Source: Balamuthia mandrillaris
Lineage: Eukaryota
DNA: 64,000 bases
Direction: 5' to 3'
Assembly (NCBI GenBank): GCA_031835245.2
Contig: JAVKOQ020000036.1
Location: 62,001 to 126,000 of the forward strand
Part shown: in pieces, positions 1 through 13,513 of the stretch
How positions within the stretch are numbered: position 1 is the first letter of the stretch
Layout: every line of letters begins with the position of its first letter
Translations under genes and position numbers: made by a program
Notes under the pieces: generated by a model
The model's input: the letters and a program-made list of their open reading frames with translations, nothing else
What the model was told of the DNA's origin: nothing
The model's database searches: none

Positions 1-489
1 CTTTCCTCGTCCCGTAATCCTCAAGTTCATAAAGCATTACAAAGGCCAGTCCCAGTCGTGGGGCTCGCTGTTGAAACTGATCAAAAAGGACCAACAAGAG
101 GAGCTACAGCAGCAGAAAGAAGCACCATCCTCAGACTCTCCCAGGAGAAGGCTGAGAGCTTCAACCCATAGCCCCCAACCAAACTCGAGGCTGACCAGAT
201 GCGCTTCTGGGGTTTTCGACCAGCTCAAACTGAACGCCATAAACTTTACCGGTTTATCAGGTAGGGTAGTCTCGCTCTTCTCTTCAGAAGAAGGGGTTCT
301 ACCACAAACACAAACGCACATACTGACTTCATATTCCTTCTAAAACAAACAGAACAAGAGCTAAGAAAGCCACAAACCAAGCTTAAGGCGAGCACCTCTG
401 CAGTTGCCAAATCACCTTCTGCTGCGACTTCCTCTGGCAGCTTCATTGTGGTCCGTCGGCAGAAGAAGAACGTGGACAGGAGAACCTAA
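1..489 (+). CDS. 3' end of a spliced hypothetical protein gene (partial)
   Basis: ORF 71-295 is followed by a GT..TACTGAC..CAG intron (~296-352) and a last exon reading EQELRKPQTKLKAS...VDRRT*, then AT-rich 3' sequence. Confidence 0.5.
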
Positions 490-558
490 GAGAGAAGAGC
501 ATTCGCAAGCATTACTATTTATTTTTTTTGTATTTTTTTAAAACCGATCTTATTTTGT

Positions 559-1096
559 TCAGAGATAGCTATGAGCTTTTGTTTTGGAAGGTACAAGGGT
601 AAGGGTGGGTTCTTCTCCTTCCCTATCAAAGTGGAGCGCACAGAAAAGAAGACAAAGGAGAAGAAGCAACTGAAACGGCAAGACCGACCGAAGCCTCTTC
701 AAAACGGTCCACTCGCCGTGTGCCGCCTGCTTCTTGTTTTGTCTCTTGAGACTCTTGCGGGGTTAACACATGTCCACTGTGGAGAGCAACCGAAACCTGA
801 GCCTGGTTCCTTTTGAAGATGCCCTATCATTGAATTTTCCTTGTCTATATTGTTCATTATGAATACAGATGAATGAAAGGCTCTTTTGGCCTCATCCCAC
901 GACCCAAAGAGGGCCTACGCCGCAGGACAAAACCCAAATCCATGTTTTGGATACCCTGAAGTTTCAGCAGAACTGAACGCCGCATACAAAGCGTGAAGAA
1001 CGATGCGAAAACAGAAACTCCTCCATGATGGATTTCGAGGACAATGCTCTCCTCCAACCAAACTTTCCCATTCTTGACCAACTTCGCTTCGACCAT
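559..1096 (-). CDS. Small spliced hypothetical protein (tentative)
   Basis: Coding-like segments (MVEAKLVKNGKVWLEES..., GIFKRNQAQVSVALHSGH..., ALHFDREGEEPTLTLVPSKTKAHSYL*) are separated by pyrimidine-rich intron-like gaps. No recognisable homology. Confidence 0.3.
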
Positions 1097-1174
1097 AAAT
1101 ATCTCCCTCCTTTGGGAGAAAGAACCACAACAACAATAAACAGTTCAAACAACAAGCTCAGCGAACAAACGAAA

Positions 1175-1717
1175 ATGAAGGCAAACTCTATCAAGCTCTC
1201 GTTGGTTGCCCTGTTTTTGGCCGCCTTTGTTTCTGCTGCTTTCGGTGCGGAGGAAACAAGCAAGGCTCAAACCAAGAAGTACTACGACGGTGGCGACATC
1301 TACGATGGAGGTTACGGTGGCGGCAACGTCTTTGATGGGCGCTACGACGGAGGCAACGTCTACGATGGAGGTTACGATGGTGGCAATGTTTATGATGGTG
1401 GTTATGATGGAGGCAACGTCTACGATGGCGGCAATGTCTACGATGGAGACAACTACGACGGCCACGACATCGACTACTATGATGACTACACTGACGAGGA
1501 CGTCTATGACCCCTGCGGCGGTGATATCCACGACGGCCGTGATGGGAACGTGGATGACGGTTATGATGGCAACGTGGAGGACGGCTATGATGGCAATGAT
1601 GGCAACGTGGGAGATGGTAAGAATGATGGAAAGGACGACTCCAAGGACTCGGGAAGCAGCTCCTCCGGAAGCAGCCAGACCAGCTCTGCTGCTTCTTTGC
1701 GTCCTTTTTTCTTCTAA
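1175..1717 (+). CDS. Secreted Tyr-Asp-Gly-Gly (YDGG) repeat protein, 180 aa, intronless
   Basis: Signal peptide MKANSIKLSLVALFLAAFVSAAFG, tandem (N/D)VYDGG(YDGG) repeats, Ser-rich linker and C-terminus LRPFFF. Confidence 0.85.
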   Translation: MKANSIKLSLVALFLAAFVSAAFGAEETSKAQTKKYYDGGDIYDGGYGGGNVFDGRYDGGNVYDGGYDGGNVYDGGYDGGNVYDGGNVYDGDNYDGHDIDYYDDYTDEDVYDPCGGDIHDGRDGNVDDGYDGNVEDGYDGNDGNVGDGKNDGKDDSKDSGSSSSGSSQTSSAASLRPFFF

Positions 1718-1839
1718 AGTGAACACTCACCTTTTTTTTTTCCCTCAACAAACATTAAATATAAAAGTTGATATACAATCCCTTTTAATACATTCTTCAC
1801 CTTTTTGTTCCACTTTTTTCTTGCTCTTGTCTTTTTTTT

Positions 1840-1940
1840 CATCTTCGTTTTCTTCCTGATGTTCTTATTCTTGTTCTTCTTGTTCTTCTTGTTCTTCTTC
1901 TTCTTCTTGTTCTTGTTCTTCTTCTTCTTCTTTTTCTTCG
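1840..1940. repeat. (TTC/TTG)n microsatellite between convergent YDGG genes
   Basis: Directly visible trinucleotide repeat. Confidence 0.9.
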
Positions 1941-2053
1941 CTTCGTCAACAAATACAAACTACCGAGACCGAAAACATAAACAATATATTTAAAGTTAAG
2001 AAAATAGTAACGAAAAAGCAAAACGTTGCGGTTGTTAAACTTGTTTTAGAAGG

Positions 2054-2977
2054 TTAGAAGAAGAAGGGGCGCAACAAGTCAGCAGAACTCTTGTCACCGC
2101 TTTCATGGTGTCCAAAGGAACCGCTGTCGTCGGTGCTGTCTTTGGAGTCATCCTTCCCGCCATGATGCTTGCCATCGCCCACGTCTCCTCCGTCGTGATG
2201 CTTACCGTCATCCACGTCTCCTCCATCGTGATGTTTGCCATCACCGATATCTCCTCCGTCATAACCATCATCCACATCTCCTCCATCGTAGCCATCGCTG
2301 ACATTGCCTCCGTCATAACCACCATCATAAACGTTGCCACCATCATAGACGTCCCCTCCGCAGTATCCGGGACCATAGACATCATCTCCGCCATCCTCAT
2401 AGTCGTCATAGTAATCGATGTTGCCACCATCATAGCCGTCATAGTCAACGTCTCCTCCATCGTAGTCCACGTTGCCTCCGTCGTACCGTCCGTCATAGAC
2501 ATCTCCACCGTCGTAGATATCGTCTCCGTCGTAAACATTACCTCCATCATAACGTCCATCATAGATGTCACCGCCATCATAGCCAACGTTGCCACCATCG
2601 TAGATGTTACCACCGTCGTAACCAATATTTCCTCCATCGTAACGTCCATCATAGATGTCACCACCGTCGTACACATCTCCGCCATCATATCCAAGGTTGC
2701 CGCCATTGTAGATGTTACCCCCGTCGTAACGTCCGTCATTGACATCTCCACCATCGTAGCCAATGTTGCCACCATCATAGATGTTGCCGCCATTGTAGAC
2801 GTCACCGCCATCATAACCATCGTAGTCGACATCTCCCCCGTCATAGGCAACGTTACCGCCATCATAGACATCACCTCCGTCATAGCGGCTGTCGTAGACG
2901 TCACCGCCGTCATAGCCTCCACAGAGGGCAACAGAAACTAGCGTCGCCAACAACAAAGCGATGAATGTCGGTCTCAT
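2054..2977 (-). CDS. Secreted YDGG repeat protein paralog, 307 aa, intronless
   Basis: Signal peptide MRPTFIALLLATLVSVALC, dozens of YDGG units, DGKHHDGG repeats and the same C-terminus LRPFFF. Confidence 0.88.
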   Translation of the reverse strand: MRPTFIALLLATLVSVALCGGYDGGDVYDSRYDGGDVYDGGNVAYDGGDVDYDGYDGGDVYNGGNIYDGGNIGYDGGDVNDGRYDGGNIYNGGNLGYDGGDVYDGGDIYDGRYDGGNIGYDGGNIYDGGNVGYDGGDIYDGRYDGGNVYDGDDIYDGGDVYDGRYDGGNVDYDGGDVDYDGYDGGNIDYYDDYEDGGDDVYGPGYCGGDVYDGGNVYDGGYDGGNVSDGYDGGDVDDGYDGGDIGDGKHHDGGDVDDGKHHDGGDVGDGKHHGGKDDSKDSTDDSGSFGHHESGDKSSADLLRPFFF

Positions 2978-3660
2978 GGTGCACGGTTTTCTGGTTTCTC
3001 TTCTCTCTGCTTAGTTTTGATTAGTTTGGTTTGGTTTGGCTTTGAAGTTGTTGTTCGTTGTTGTTTGTAGGTTTTATGAAAGAAACTATTTATGGACGGA
3101 GGGTCAGTGCGAAGAAACGAAAGTAATGATTCGTTGTTGTTCTCCCTCCATGAAATTCAACGAGCCAGAGTATCTTGTTCGTCGCTTTTTGTCCATTCTC
3201 CTTACTCTTATCTCATTGATATAGGGCGCGCAACTCTTCCCGAGAAACTTCCCAAGAGGCTATTCCTGAATGAGGTCATAATCAATCAATTATATGTGGG
3301 CTCTATACCGGCAGCCTCATTGCCTTTTTTTCAAACATACAATCCAATGAAAAATCAAAGCCATTTTCGGGCCTCATTAGGAATTTTAGGTATTCAAAAA
3401 ATCCGATGAATTCTTGGAATGGATATCATTGTCGACACGTAGTCGACATAAATGATCCTACACCGTCGACACGAGAGTCAGCTGGGATGGCTGCGAAATT
3501 TCGAAGAGAAAACATCGAAGGAGAAAGAAGCGACAGCTCTCTCTTCCAAAACTATCCAAGCCTCTCCTGTAACAGTGGTGTTTGTTTGAAAAAGAAAACA
3601 CCCCACACTACGTACTGCGTAGTCAGCATTGGACGTTGTGATAGTTGCTCCACTCCTTCC

Positions 3661-6600
3661 ATGCCAAAGGTGCCTACTCCTTGTTCTCGTCACTATCATT
3701 CTTCTTCTTCTTCTTCTTCTTCTTGTTCTTCTTCTTGTTCTTCTTGTTCTTCTTCTTCTTGTTCTTCTTCTTCTTCTTGTTCTCGTCACTATCATTCTTC
3801 TTCTTCTTCTTCTTGTTCTTCTTCTTGTTCTTCTTCTCTCTCTTCTCCCTTCTCTTCTCTTCTCTTCTCTTCTCTCCTCTCTCCTCTCTTCTTATGCTGC
3901 TGCTTATGCTTTTTCATTTTTGTATTTATTTTTTCTTTTTCTCAAACAAAAAGATCAAGTCGTCCTCTTCCTCATCTTCCTCAGTTTCAAAGCATGAAGG
4001 AGGAGAGAAAGAACGAAAGAAACGTGCCAAACGAGAGAAGAAGGAAGAGCGAGAGCGACGCAAGAGACACGAAAAGAAGGCTGCAAAAAGCAAGAAAGAC
4101 GATGGCATAGATTCTTCTTCAGACAAAAAGAAGAAAAGAAGGTCTCGCATGCTTCTTCGCAAGAAGAAGAAGAAGGAGACAACAAAACAAAAGACTGAGG
4201 CAGGGAACAAAAAAGACGGAGAAGCGACAGAGACAGAGAGTGAGTGGGAAACGGATGACGACGACAGCAGCATTGCTACTGGCAGCGAAGTCAGCGACGT
4301 CAGCGACGCCGAAGAGCTTTCCTCCGACAGTTCTTTCACAGACAGCGAAGAATTCGAGACGAACGACGAGGAATCTTCCGCTTCCTCGTCTTCTGTCTCT
4401 TCTTCGTCATCCTCCTCCTCTTCTGCTTCTTCGTTGACCCACGAAGTGGAGAAGGAAACCAAAACAAAGTCTCATTCTAGAACTCGTTCATCAGTTGCAC
4501 TGCCAGAAGAAAAAACTTCTTCAACTGCTACTACTGCTGCTGCGAACAAACACCCAGAGAAAGAGAGAGAGAAAGAGATCGAAAAGAGAGAAGAAGAATT
4601 GGAGAATCGTTATCAACAACAACAGCGAAGAAGCAACGAAGAAAGAAGACAACACTACGAAAAGGAGCCACAAAAGATCAAAATGAAAATAGTGGATGAT
4701 GATTCATCTTATAGCACAAGAGGAAACGGAGAGTTTGGTCAATTGTCTGTTGATAATTTTGGATGTTTCATATTTTGCAAAGATACTATTGATGGTACGC
4801 ATTTTGCTTTTCTTGTCCTTCTGGGCTCTTTATTTTGCTTCTCTCTTTTTCTGGTCGCTTTGCGTCTTTCCGTTCTGTGCCTCTGTTATACTCTTCGCTC
4901 TGAACTTCTTCTTTTCTCTCTCTTGTTTCAGAAATGTCGCTGCAAGTGAAGCAAACTATTTTATCCAGCCACCAAGGACTTCCCAAACTGGAAACGACCT
5001 ATGCCGGTTTGATCTCTTCGCTGATTTCTCTTTTTTAAACCTCTGTTTTGTCTAATGTCCTGTATTGTATTAGAGCTCATCACTAAAACGGAGAGAATTT
5101 TTAGTTCTCTGCTGGAACGAAAGAAAGAGGCAGACACTAAGAGGAACGTTTTGGCTGCTCTGCAGCGTTATCGATTCGTGTTTGATCTCCCTATACGCAT
5201 CAAAGAGCACATTCAAGCAGAAGAGTTTGATAAAGTTGTTCGAGTAAGTCGTTTGCTCCATGTCACGCTTCGTCCGTTTTTACGCTTTTATTCTTCTCCT
5301 CCTCCTTGTCACTTTTGTTCTCTTTATAACGTCACAGCAATAGGATTACAACAGAGCAAAAACTCATCTCTCACAAACGAACGTCGGTATATTTAAACAA
5401 GTTTTAGTGGAAGTTGAAAAACTGGTGGAGAATTTTCGAGCGGAGCTCTATCGTCGCCTAGATGACATCAGTGCCACCTCTCCAGAAGAACAGGAGAATA
5501 TCATAAGACTGTTAGGAGAGCTCAAGTCGGAAGAGGATAAAGAAGATCCCGCTTGGCAATACTTGAAGAGCCTCCAGCGCAGAATCTCGGAACAACTGTC
5601 TGCTCCTGCATCTGCCAACAGAGAAGACAGGAGAAAAAGCGTGGCGCTCTTCGCTTCTATGGCCAAGCAAAGACCAGTTATTGATGAGGAAGATAACATG
5701 ATGGCGAAGTGCAATCAGATCGCAGAGTATTCGCGCGTGTTGATGACTTACTTACCATCCTTTTGGAAGATTCATGCCTTTTACTTGGCATCTACTTTTG
5801 CTGCGAAAGGTGAACGAAGCAAACCTTCTGCTGCAATTAAGGTACGTGCACTTGCCTTCTTCGTGTCATCTCCACTTCTTCTTTTCTTTCTTTTTTCATC
5901 GCACTAATTTTACTATCCCAACGTTATACACTATAGCACAAAAAAGAAGTTGAAAAACTGGCGAAAGAAATCGTTGAACTGTACGCTTCGCGCGTACGCT
6001 CTTTGTTTGCAGCAATAGTGAACGAGGAGGCAAAAATAGCAGCTACCAATGTTTCTTCGCAGTCACAAAGCACTGCGGAGGAAGAAGAACAAGAAGACAC
6101 CGAAAATACGAAAGAAGGAACTGATAACAACACGAGAAGAAAGGCTCGCTCGCAACAACGCGAAAGTGCTGCTTCGCATTTAGATGCGCATGGCGATCAA
6201 ACTAGACCTATTGCAAGACAAAACAGAACACGATTAGACAAGACAAACAGGAATGACAAAAAACAAAACGAAGAAAGACGAAGCATTTACTTAGCGATGC
6301 TGCTACTTTGCGTGGAGGAAGTGAAGAAATGCTTTGAAGGCTTGAAAGAGTTAAAGATGCCACGCGCTTATATGGAAGGTATTTATGAAGTGCTGCACGA
6401 CTTTACTCGAACTTACATCGATGCAACTGCCAACCATTTCATTCATAGTACACTCTCTTCTTTGCATCTCTTGCGCAATGATTTTTTTGCTTATTCTTTA
6501 TTTACATTTGTTTTGAAGTAATTTCTCGTCTGGGAGAAGAAGAGACGTGGGAGGTGGAGCAAATTGACTTCGGAGACATTTTAGGATTCAACCATTTGCT

Positions 6601-6804
6601 TTCCGAACGGCGAAGTGACTCTTTCCTCGTGAAGACAACTACCACAAGCGAGGCTCTTGGGGAACCGACAACTGGTTTCATGCACACGACACTCCCTTCT
6701 TTATTCATGACAAAGCTCACTGATGTGCTCCAAATGCAATTCCAAGGGCTCGGTATTGGATCCATTCATACCGCAACTCTGGAAGAGGTTTCTTATTTAT
6801 TCAT

Positions 6805-6839
<35 letters not shown>

Positions 6840-8251
6840 ATCTCTCTCTCTCGATCTCACACACGCACTTTTAAACTCATTACTCTCCTTGCCGTTTTGT
6901 TTCAGCCATCGTTGGCGAGTCTTGTGTTGGACTTCCAAGTTGCGGCCTTTCAAACATTCCAAGAAACGTTGCAACGCCTTGCAAAGGATATCTTTTCAAC
7001 AAATGAGAAATCAGAAGATGATGACGACACAGTTGTTTGTTTCCCTGCCTTCTGAAATCTTTTCTGCTTCTGCTTCTTCTGCTTCTTCCGCTTCTCCTCT
7101 TTCTTCTTCTTCTCTCTTCTTCTCTCTTCTTCTTCTTCTTATTCTTGTAATCTTTGTCTTCATTTTTTCTTACTTATATTTAACAACAGGAAAAGAAGCT
7201 AGTGTTGGTATTAGGAAATTGCACCTTTGCACGTAACCAAGTGGTGCCTCAAATTTTTGAACTCTTCTATTCTCTATTTCACAGCACTGACACCGCTGCA
7301 AAGCGAGAGCTGGCACAGACTTACTTGCAAGATTCTATGAAGGTTTTCCATTATTTGCGTCGCATTTGTCTCCTTTATCGTTTTTTTGCCTTATTCTCTT
7401 CTTTCTTCTATTTCCAAATCATACAAACTCACACACAAACAGAAAATAAACAGCAGTATGGAGCAGTTAGAGGAATGGCTGATAGATGCTTTTGTTCAAC
7501 AAAAGAGCAACAATCTCATCTCCATCATTCGCAACGGACTTTTACATACTCCCATCTCTGCCAAACACTTGTCAGTCAGCAACTATGTCATCCAACTTCT
7601 CTTACAATTGGTCAACGTTCACCACCAGCTGTCTTCTTCTTCATCGTCTTTCTCCTCCTCCTCACCCACAAGAAAAGAAAGAAAGAACTCTTCTACCTCC
7701 ATTCTGTCTCGTTTGGTGGATCACGTTTTTAACGCCTTTTTGAGCTCTTTACGCGACCTGGACAAAGGAGAAGGATCAAACGGTGTCGCTACTTTGCTCT
7801 CCTCTTCTGCTTCTTTGTCTTCTGCAGACACGTCAACAAAGGAATGGGGCAAACAAAAGCTTCAACTTAGCTCTGAAGATCTTCATGCAAAGAAGAAAGA
7901 CAGCAAGAAGAAAGCAGTCAATGACCCCAAAGCCATTTTGTTGCAGATAGAAAGGGACGTTCGCTTCGTGGAAGGAGTCATGCGCAACTACATCGATGAT
8001 GACGCAAAAAGTTATCTCCGCAGCTTGGACGGCCTCTTGGAGAAGTGGTATGCTCGCTTTGGCGATCTGAGTGCTTCTGGTTTGTTTCCTTGTTCTCTTT
8101 TTTTGTTTCAAGGGTTCGCTTTTTATTAACACCATTTTCTTTTTTTTCAAAAAACATTTTGAACACACCAATAGCAAGGAAAAAAGCGACCAAAGGAGCT
8201 TTGCTCGAGAACGCCAAGTCCAAAACTTGGCTCCTCTTCAGTTGCTTTTGA
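3661..8251 (+). CDS. EXOC2: Exocyst complex component 2 (Sec5), multi-exon
   Basis: ATG CCA AAG|gt...ag|ATC AAG splices in frame. Sec5-like motifs LSVDNFGCFIFCKDTID and LQRYRFVFDLPIRIKEHIQAEEFDKVVRDYNRAK; C-terminus KTWLLFSCF*. Confidence 0.8.
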
Positions 8252-8615
8252 ACCTCTTTTATTCAACCCAAAAAAAAAAAAAAACAATGAAATGTAAATA
8301 CCTTTTTTCTCTTCTCCACCATTTTCTTTCACGTTTACCGCTGGCTCGCTTTGCGTCTTCTGCCTGACGCAAGGGCAACGTGGTGTCCGCCTAAAATTCA
8401 AAAGGGCCAATAAGAAGCTCAGCTGTTTCTAAAATGAAGGTGCCCTGCTTTATGGAAAAATGTAATTATAATATGGTTATTTTGTGTTATTCGAATACCA
8501 ACAATTCAAATGCTATTGGCGGATCTTGCAAGCGTTGCTTTTTATTCCCCGGTGATATGTTTTCGGGAGTTGGGTTGGTTCCTCGTTCCTCTTGTTGGGT
8601 ATTTGAACTGCTGCT

Positions 8616-8647
<32 letters not shown>

Positions 8648-8677
8648 ATCATAACACAAGCAAACAAAAGCCTACAA

Positions 8678-11600
8678 ATGACAACGCCTTACTTTCCGGC
8701 TCTCTGTACTATTATCCTGTTCGTCTCGCTCTTTGCGTTCAGCTCGGATGCTCTGCGTGAACGTTCCGCTCAGGAGGAGCTGCTTCACCCCGGACTTTTG
8801 CCCCTTCGCTCCGGCCAAAGATTGGGGGAGGAGAGGCATCATGTCCCGCGACACAAGCCCGGCTATCTCCCCAAGTTTGGCGGGAGGAACTCCTACAGGC
8901 AGCTCAGCGATGCCCTGGCCAACGAGACCGCCATGAGCGACCCCTTCCAGAGCAACTACCAGCTCAGCAAGGCCAAGAACCTGGTCGTGGTGAACCGCTT
9001 CGAGAAGTGCGCCAGCCAGGAATGTGGAGAGCAGGTCCCAGCGACGGAGATTCTTTTGACGGAGTACAGAAAGCTGGACGGCAACAACGAGTTCCGCTAC
9101 GAACTGCCACCATTGACGGAGGTGTATGCGGTGGCCAGCCCGGACTTTGAGGGCTCTTTGCATTCAAGCCTTGTGGTGTTCTACTCCTCTGACACGGGTT
9201 CGTTTCCTGTTCCCCCTCGCTTCCCCTCCCTCATTATTGTATTACGGTTTAACATAAGGTCGTATACGCAGGGTGCAGCAGCAATGCGTACGTCATCTTG
9301 GACACCAAACACGATGACTTCGCTACCGGTAACGCCCCATCGGTGATCAAAGGCTGTCTTGGAGGCGTACGTCTTCTGCCCTCCTTTTTCCTTCAAAGCT
9401 TTTAGTTTGTTTGTTAGTGTTTTCTGTTGTTCTTTGCATAACTTCTAACTTTAAAAAAACAGGCGAACGAACAAGTGCGCGGAGTGGCGTGGGGCAACGT
9501 CAACCCAACTCCGGCCAATGAATTGCACAAGGAGGAGCTGTTGGTGGTCACCCTGACGACCTCCGGAACAAACGCTGGGAGACTGACGTTCAAGCTGTTC
9601 AGCCGAAACGAGGATACTGATCTGTTGGAAGAGCAGAGCAGATTGTTCATCGACGACGTGTATTCCTTTGAGCCAAACAACAAACTGGGAGATAGTATGT
9701 ACTGCTTACTATTACCCTCTTGTTTCTTTCTCCTTTTCTTTGTTCGCTGTTCTTGTTGTGGTGCTTGTGCTTCCTTTTTCTAACGTCTTACCCATAGTTG
9801 TGACCGGAGACTTTGATGGAGACGGTATTTGAACGCCCTCCTTTATATATCCTCATCGATAATCTTTCTTCTTCGTGTTATGTTCTGTTATAACAAACAT
9901 GGAACAGGTTTGGAAGAATTTGCCGTCTTGTACTTCACAGCCGAAGATGAAGCCGAAGTGGCCATCGTAGAGGCAGACCCACGAATGAAGCTCCTGGTCG
10001 ACACTGCCATCACCCTGGATGAGTTTGGTTCCAACGCTAAAGTCCACGGCCAAATGGCAGCTGGGCACTTGTTCAGTCCTGATTGGGAAGAACTGGCTCT
10101 TTTGTTCGGTGTTACTGCCGATAAGGTTTCTTTCTTTCTGCACCTCTCTCCCTCTTCCTCTCCTGTTTATTTCCTCTTCTATATTGATGTTGGAATGTAC
10201 CTATAACGTTTCTACCACACATTCTACAGAATGCAGACAGTGGTTTCTTTTTGTATCAGCTCAGTTTAAACAACGCTGGTTTGTTACAACAGGGAACTCC
10301 TCCTTACAAGCTTCCCAACGGAGCGATAGACAGAAGTGCAGGACACATGGGAATGGACATTGGTGTTGGGGACTTGAACGGTGACATGCGTGATGAGGTC
10401 AAACACCTTCAATTCCACCAACGCAACCTTTGGCGATCGTTCTTTCTAACCTGGACTTGTAGATTGCTTTTGTTTACACCAATGATGCATCCGGCAGCGC
10501 CTCTGGATGGCCTGCGTACCTTGGCGTGGCTGTTGCGAATCCGATAGGCTTCAGCATCATCGATACCTTTTCCGATGATCTTAACAACCTGGTAGTAAAC
10601 AATGCTCTCGGGTTGATGTGCTCCTCTCTGGCCATCGGTAGGTTCAGTCAACAAGAGGATATTGAGGTCGAGGGAATGTACGCGAACACACCCTTTAATC
10701 ATCGTGCCTCCTTCCTTCTCCTTGATCGGACTCGCTCATTCATTCCCAACAAAAAAGCTTTCAAGAACACATCGCTATCATGGGCCATGGAGTTGTGAGC
10801 CTATTCCGTCTCCTCGACGGCTCTCTGGAAAAGCTCTCCACCATGGATCCTATTCCGCGAACTGGAGGAGGACAAGAGCCCCCCACTGAACAGTACAGCA
10901 AGGAGTTCATGGTGGGGGTGTATTACGCCACCCAGAATGTTCGCTTGGGTAAGCCTCGTCACTGGAAGTACCCTCAAGTCCTCAACATTGTTGCTTCTCT
11001 TCGAAGTGCGTTTTCCCTCAACTCTCAGTGTCTCAACTCCGTTGTTTAACAAACGTTTACTCATTGCTCTCCTCTTCAGCTCCACCCAGGCATTACGACA
11101 TTGTGGATGGAGAGGTTTATGCAGTCCACGTAAATCCCCCTAACAACTTTGGATACGTCGCTACCAAGACCTCCTTCGAAACCACCCAAAGCACCGGCTC
11201 TCGTTTCAGCATCCAGTACAAGAAGAGTTGGTATGCTGGTTCTTCGTTAAATGTAAGCCGCTCTTTCGCTTCAGTTTCGTTGACTCCGTTACCTCGTCGC
11301 TTATACACTTTCATTGCATAACGAAGGTCTATTTGGGCAAAGTTACTATCGGCCTTGAAGCCTCATACGGGCAAAACTTTGAGAATGTAAACACCCAACA
11401 ATCCATCGAAACGTGGAGCGACTTGACGAACGCCGTATCGGATGACGCTCTCATTCGAACGGAAGTGATGTATGATGTGTGGGAATACCCTGTGTACTCC
11501 TTCAACTTTACCGAAACGGAACCCACGGACTACATCCTTGTCATCTGGCCGGAACGTTTGCCTGATGGCTCCGAAGCCAGAAGACTCCATTCCCTTGGGT

Positions 11601-12881
11601 GTGTTATTTTGTTTCTCTCTCTCTCTCCTTTTATATGCACTGAGTTTACTGATGTTATTTAAACTAGTTTTAAGGATCCAAACTCGTTCGTGCGTCCCTT
11701 CAACGAAGTCAATAACCTGTTTTCCTACTACTACCAAAGACCGCCCAACTTTGGTCGCCAACTGAAAGAGACCAAAGCAAACTCCTACGGAGGCGTCAGC
11801 TCCCTCTTCACAGTCACTTGGGAGGACATCCAATCCGAAGAAGGGCTCGAAACTACCAGTTGGGGAGTGGGAGCTTCCTTCGGCCTTGACGTGGTGGCCG
11901 CCACCTCCACTGGTTTCGACTTTTTTGGCAATAAGGCCTCTACCAGCGCCCGCTGGGGTTTCGACCTTCAAGTCGAAGGAGAGTACAACGAGGAGCAAAT
12001 GGAACTGGCCACAATGACCATCAGGTACTACCATTAAGACGTGTTTGAAACAAACGAATGCAAACCTTTTTTGTTGTTGAAACAGTTCAGGCATGTCGAT
12101 AACTATCCAGTTGTCAGGAAATGCAAACGGAGGGACTTATCCTTACACCATCTATCCTTATGTTTTTTATGATAAGTACCATGGCTATCTCTGCGTTGAC
12201 TTTGCGGTCGAGTTAAGCGATGCGAATCATCAAGGGACTGTCACATTCTGGGAACTTGTTTACAAGTATATTGTTTTCTCTCTGCCTCGCTTCTCCTTCT
12301 CCCTTTCTTCCACTAAAGCTTCTTATTGTTGCCTTCGCTCTGTTATAACCTGAAGTAAGCCGGATCTAACGTGGAACATGCCCTACCGATGGGACATGCT
12401 CAACAACCGCCCCTCGGACAACAAGTACTTCACCAAGTCCCTCGTGGCCAGCAACGACAACCCCGAGGCTGGCGAACAGCTCGCAGTCGTCTTCCATGCG
12501 CGCGACTACAGTCTCATCCCCGCCAAAAACGCGGTGCTCCGCTTGTTCCAAGGAGACTTCAGGAACCCTGCCAACCAGTTCGGAGAAGACGTGCTGTTGG
12601 AGGAAGTCTTTCGCGACGGCCTTTATGGAACGGTCAACGGCACATGGAGAGAGGTGGAAGAGCCATTGGATCGTTGTCTGTACGCCTGGTTGGATCCTGA
12701 CGATGAGATGGAGGAAGTCCACGAGGACAACAACGTCGGGTACATCATCATGAACGTGCAATCGTTCAGCCAGAACGAACTGGTCTTGTGCGGGGAGATC
12801 ATCAAGGACACCTTTGGCTTTGAGATTCCGCCAGACAGCCTCTCCTCCTCTTCCTCCTCCCTCGCTCCGTTTTGGCTTTAA
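8678..12881 (+). CDS. Secreted FG-GAP-repeat protein with C-terminal CARDB-like domain, copy A (multi-exon)
   Basis: Signal peptide MTTPYFPALCTIILFVSLFAFS; GDFDGDG and GDLNGDMRDE Ca-binding FG-GAP-like motifs; LDPDDEMEEVHEDNN matches the CARDB DPxNxxxExxExNN pattern; GT-AG introns. Confidence 0.75.
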
Positions 12882-12939
12882 TTGTTGATACTATTTATTT
12901 AGTTGAGAATTCTTATCACGAGAACCACAACCACATGGT

Positions 12940-13220
12940 GAGGAGAGAGATGAGGGAGCGAAGAGAGAAAAGCGAGAGGAGAAGGTGAGAGAGGAGAGAG
13001 GAAAAAGGAGAAAAGAGAGAGGAGAAGGAGAGAAGAGGGGAGAGAGGAGAGAGGAGAGAGGAGAGAGGAGAGAGGAAAGGAGAGCGAAGAGAGGGGAGAG
13101 AGGAGAGAGGAGAGGAGAGAGGAGGAAGAGGAGAGGAGCAAGGAGAGAGGGAGAAGAGAGGAGAGAGGAGGAAGAGGAGGGAGACAGGAGAGAGGACAGA
13201 GGAGAGAGGCGAGAGAGAGC
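12940..13220. repeat. GA-rich low-complexity (GAGAG)n tract between the tandem duplicates
   Basis: Directly visible. Confidence 0.9.
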
Positions 13221-13513
13221 ACAAACTGACGTCACCCAATGTTGAAATTCGCCTAAAGTGAGATGGACCAATGGGGTGGCCGCTTTGAAAACTATATTTG
13301 GAAATTTTAGATATGAATTAAAAGTTATTTGCCGAATTTTATTCGCTCATCTCATTAGGCCGTTTATATGCATGATGCTGTTTCTTCCCCCCACACGAAA
13401 CTTATTTTTTAAAGTTCGTTTCTTTCTCCCGTTTTTTCTCTCTCTTTATTCTGCAAAACGGTAAGGAGAGACTGGTCGCCTTTACCTTCTTCCCACCTTT
13501 TGTAAAAGCAATC

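Noticed and set aside
1145..2941. Long alternative-frame and antisense ORFs over the YDGG genes
   Set aside because: By-products of repetitive GAC/GGC/TAC codons; the YDGG frames have signal peptides and a shared C-terminus.
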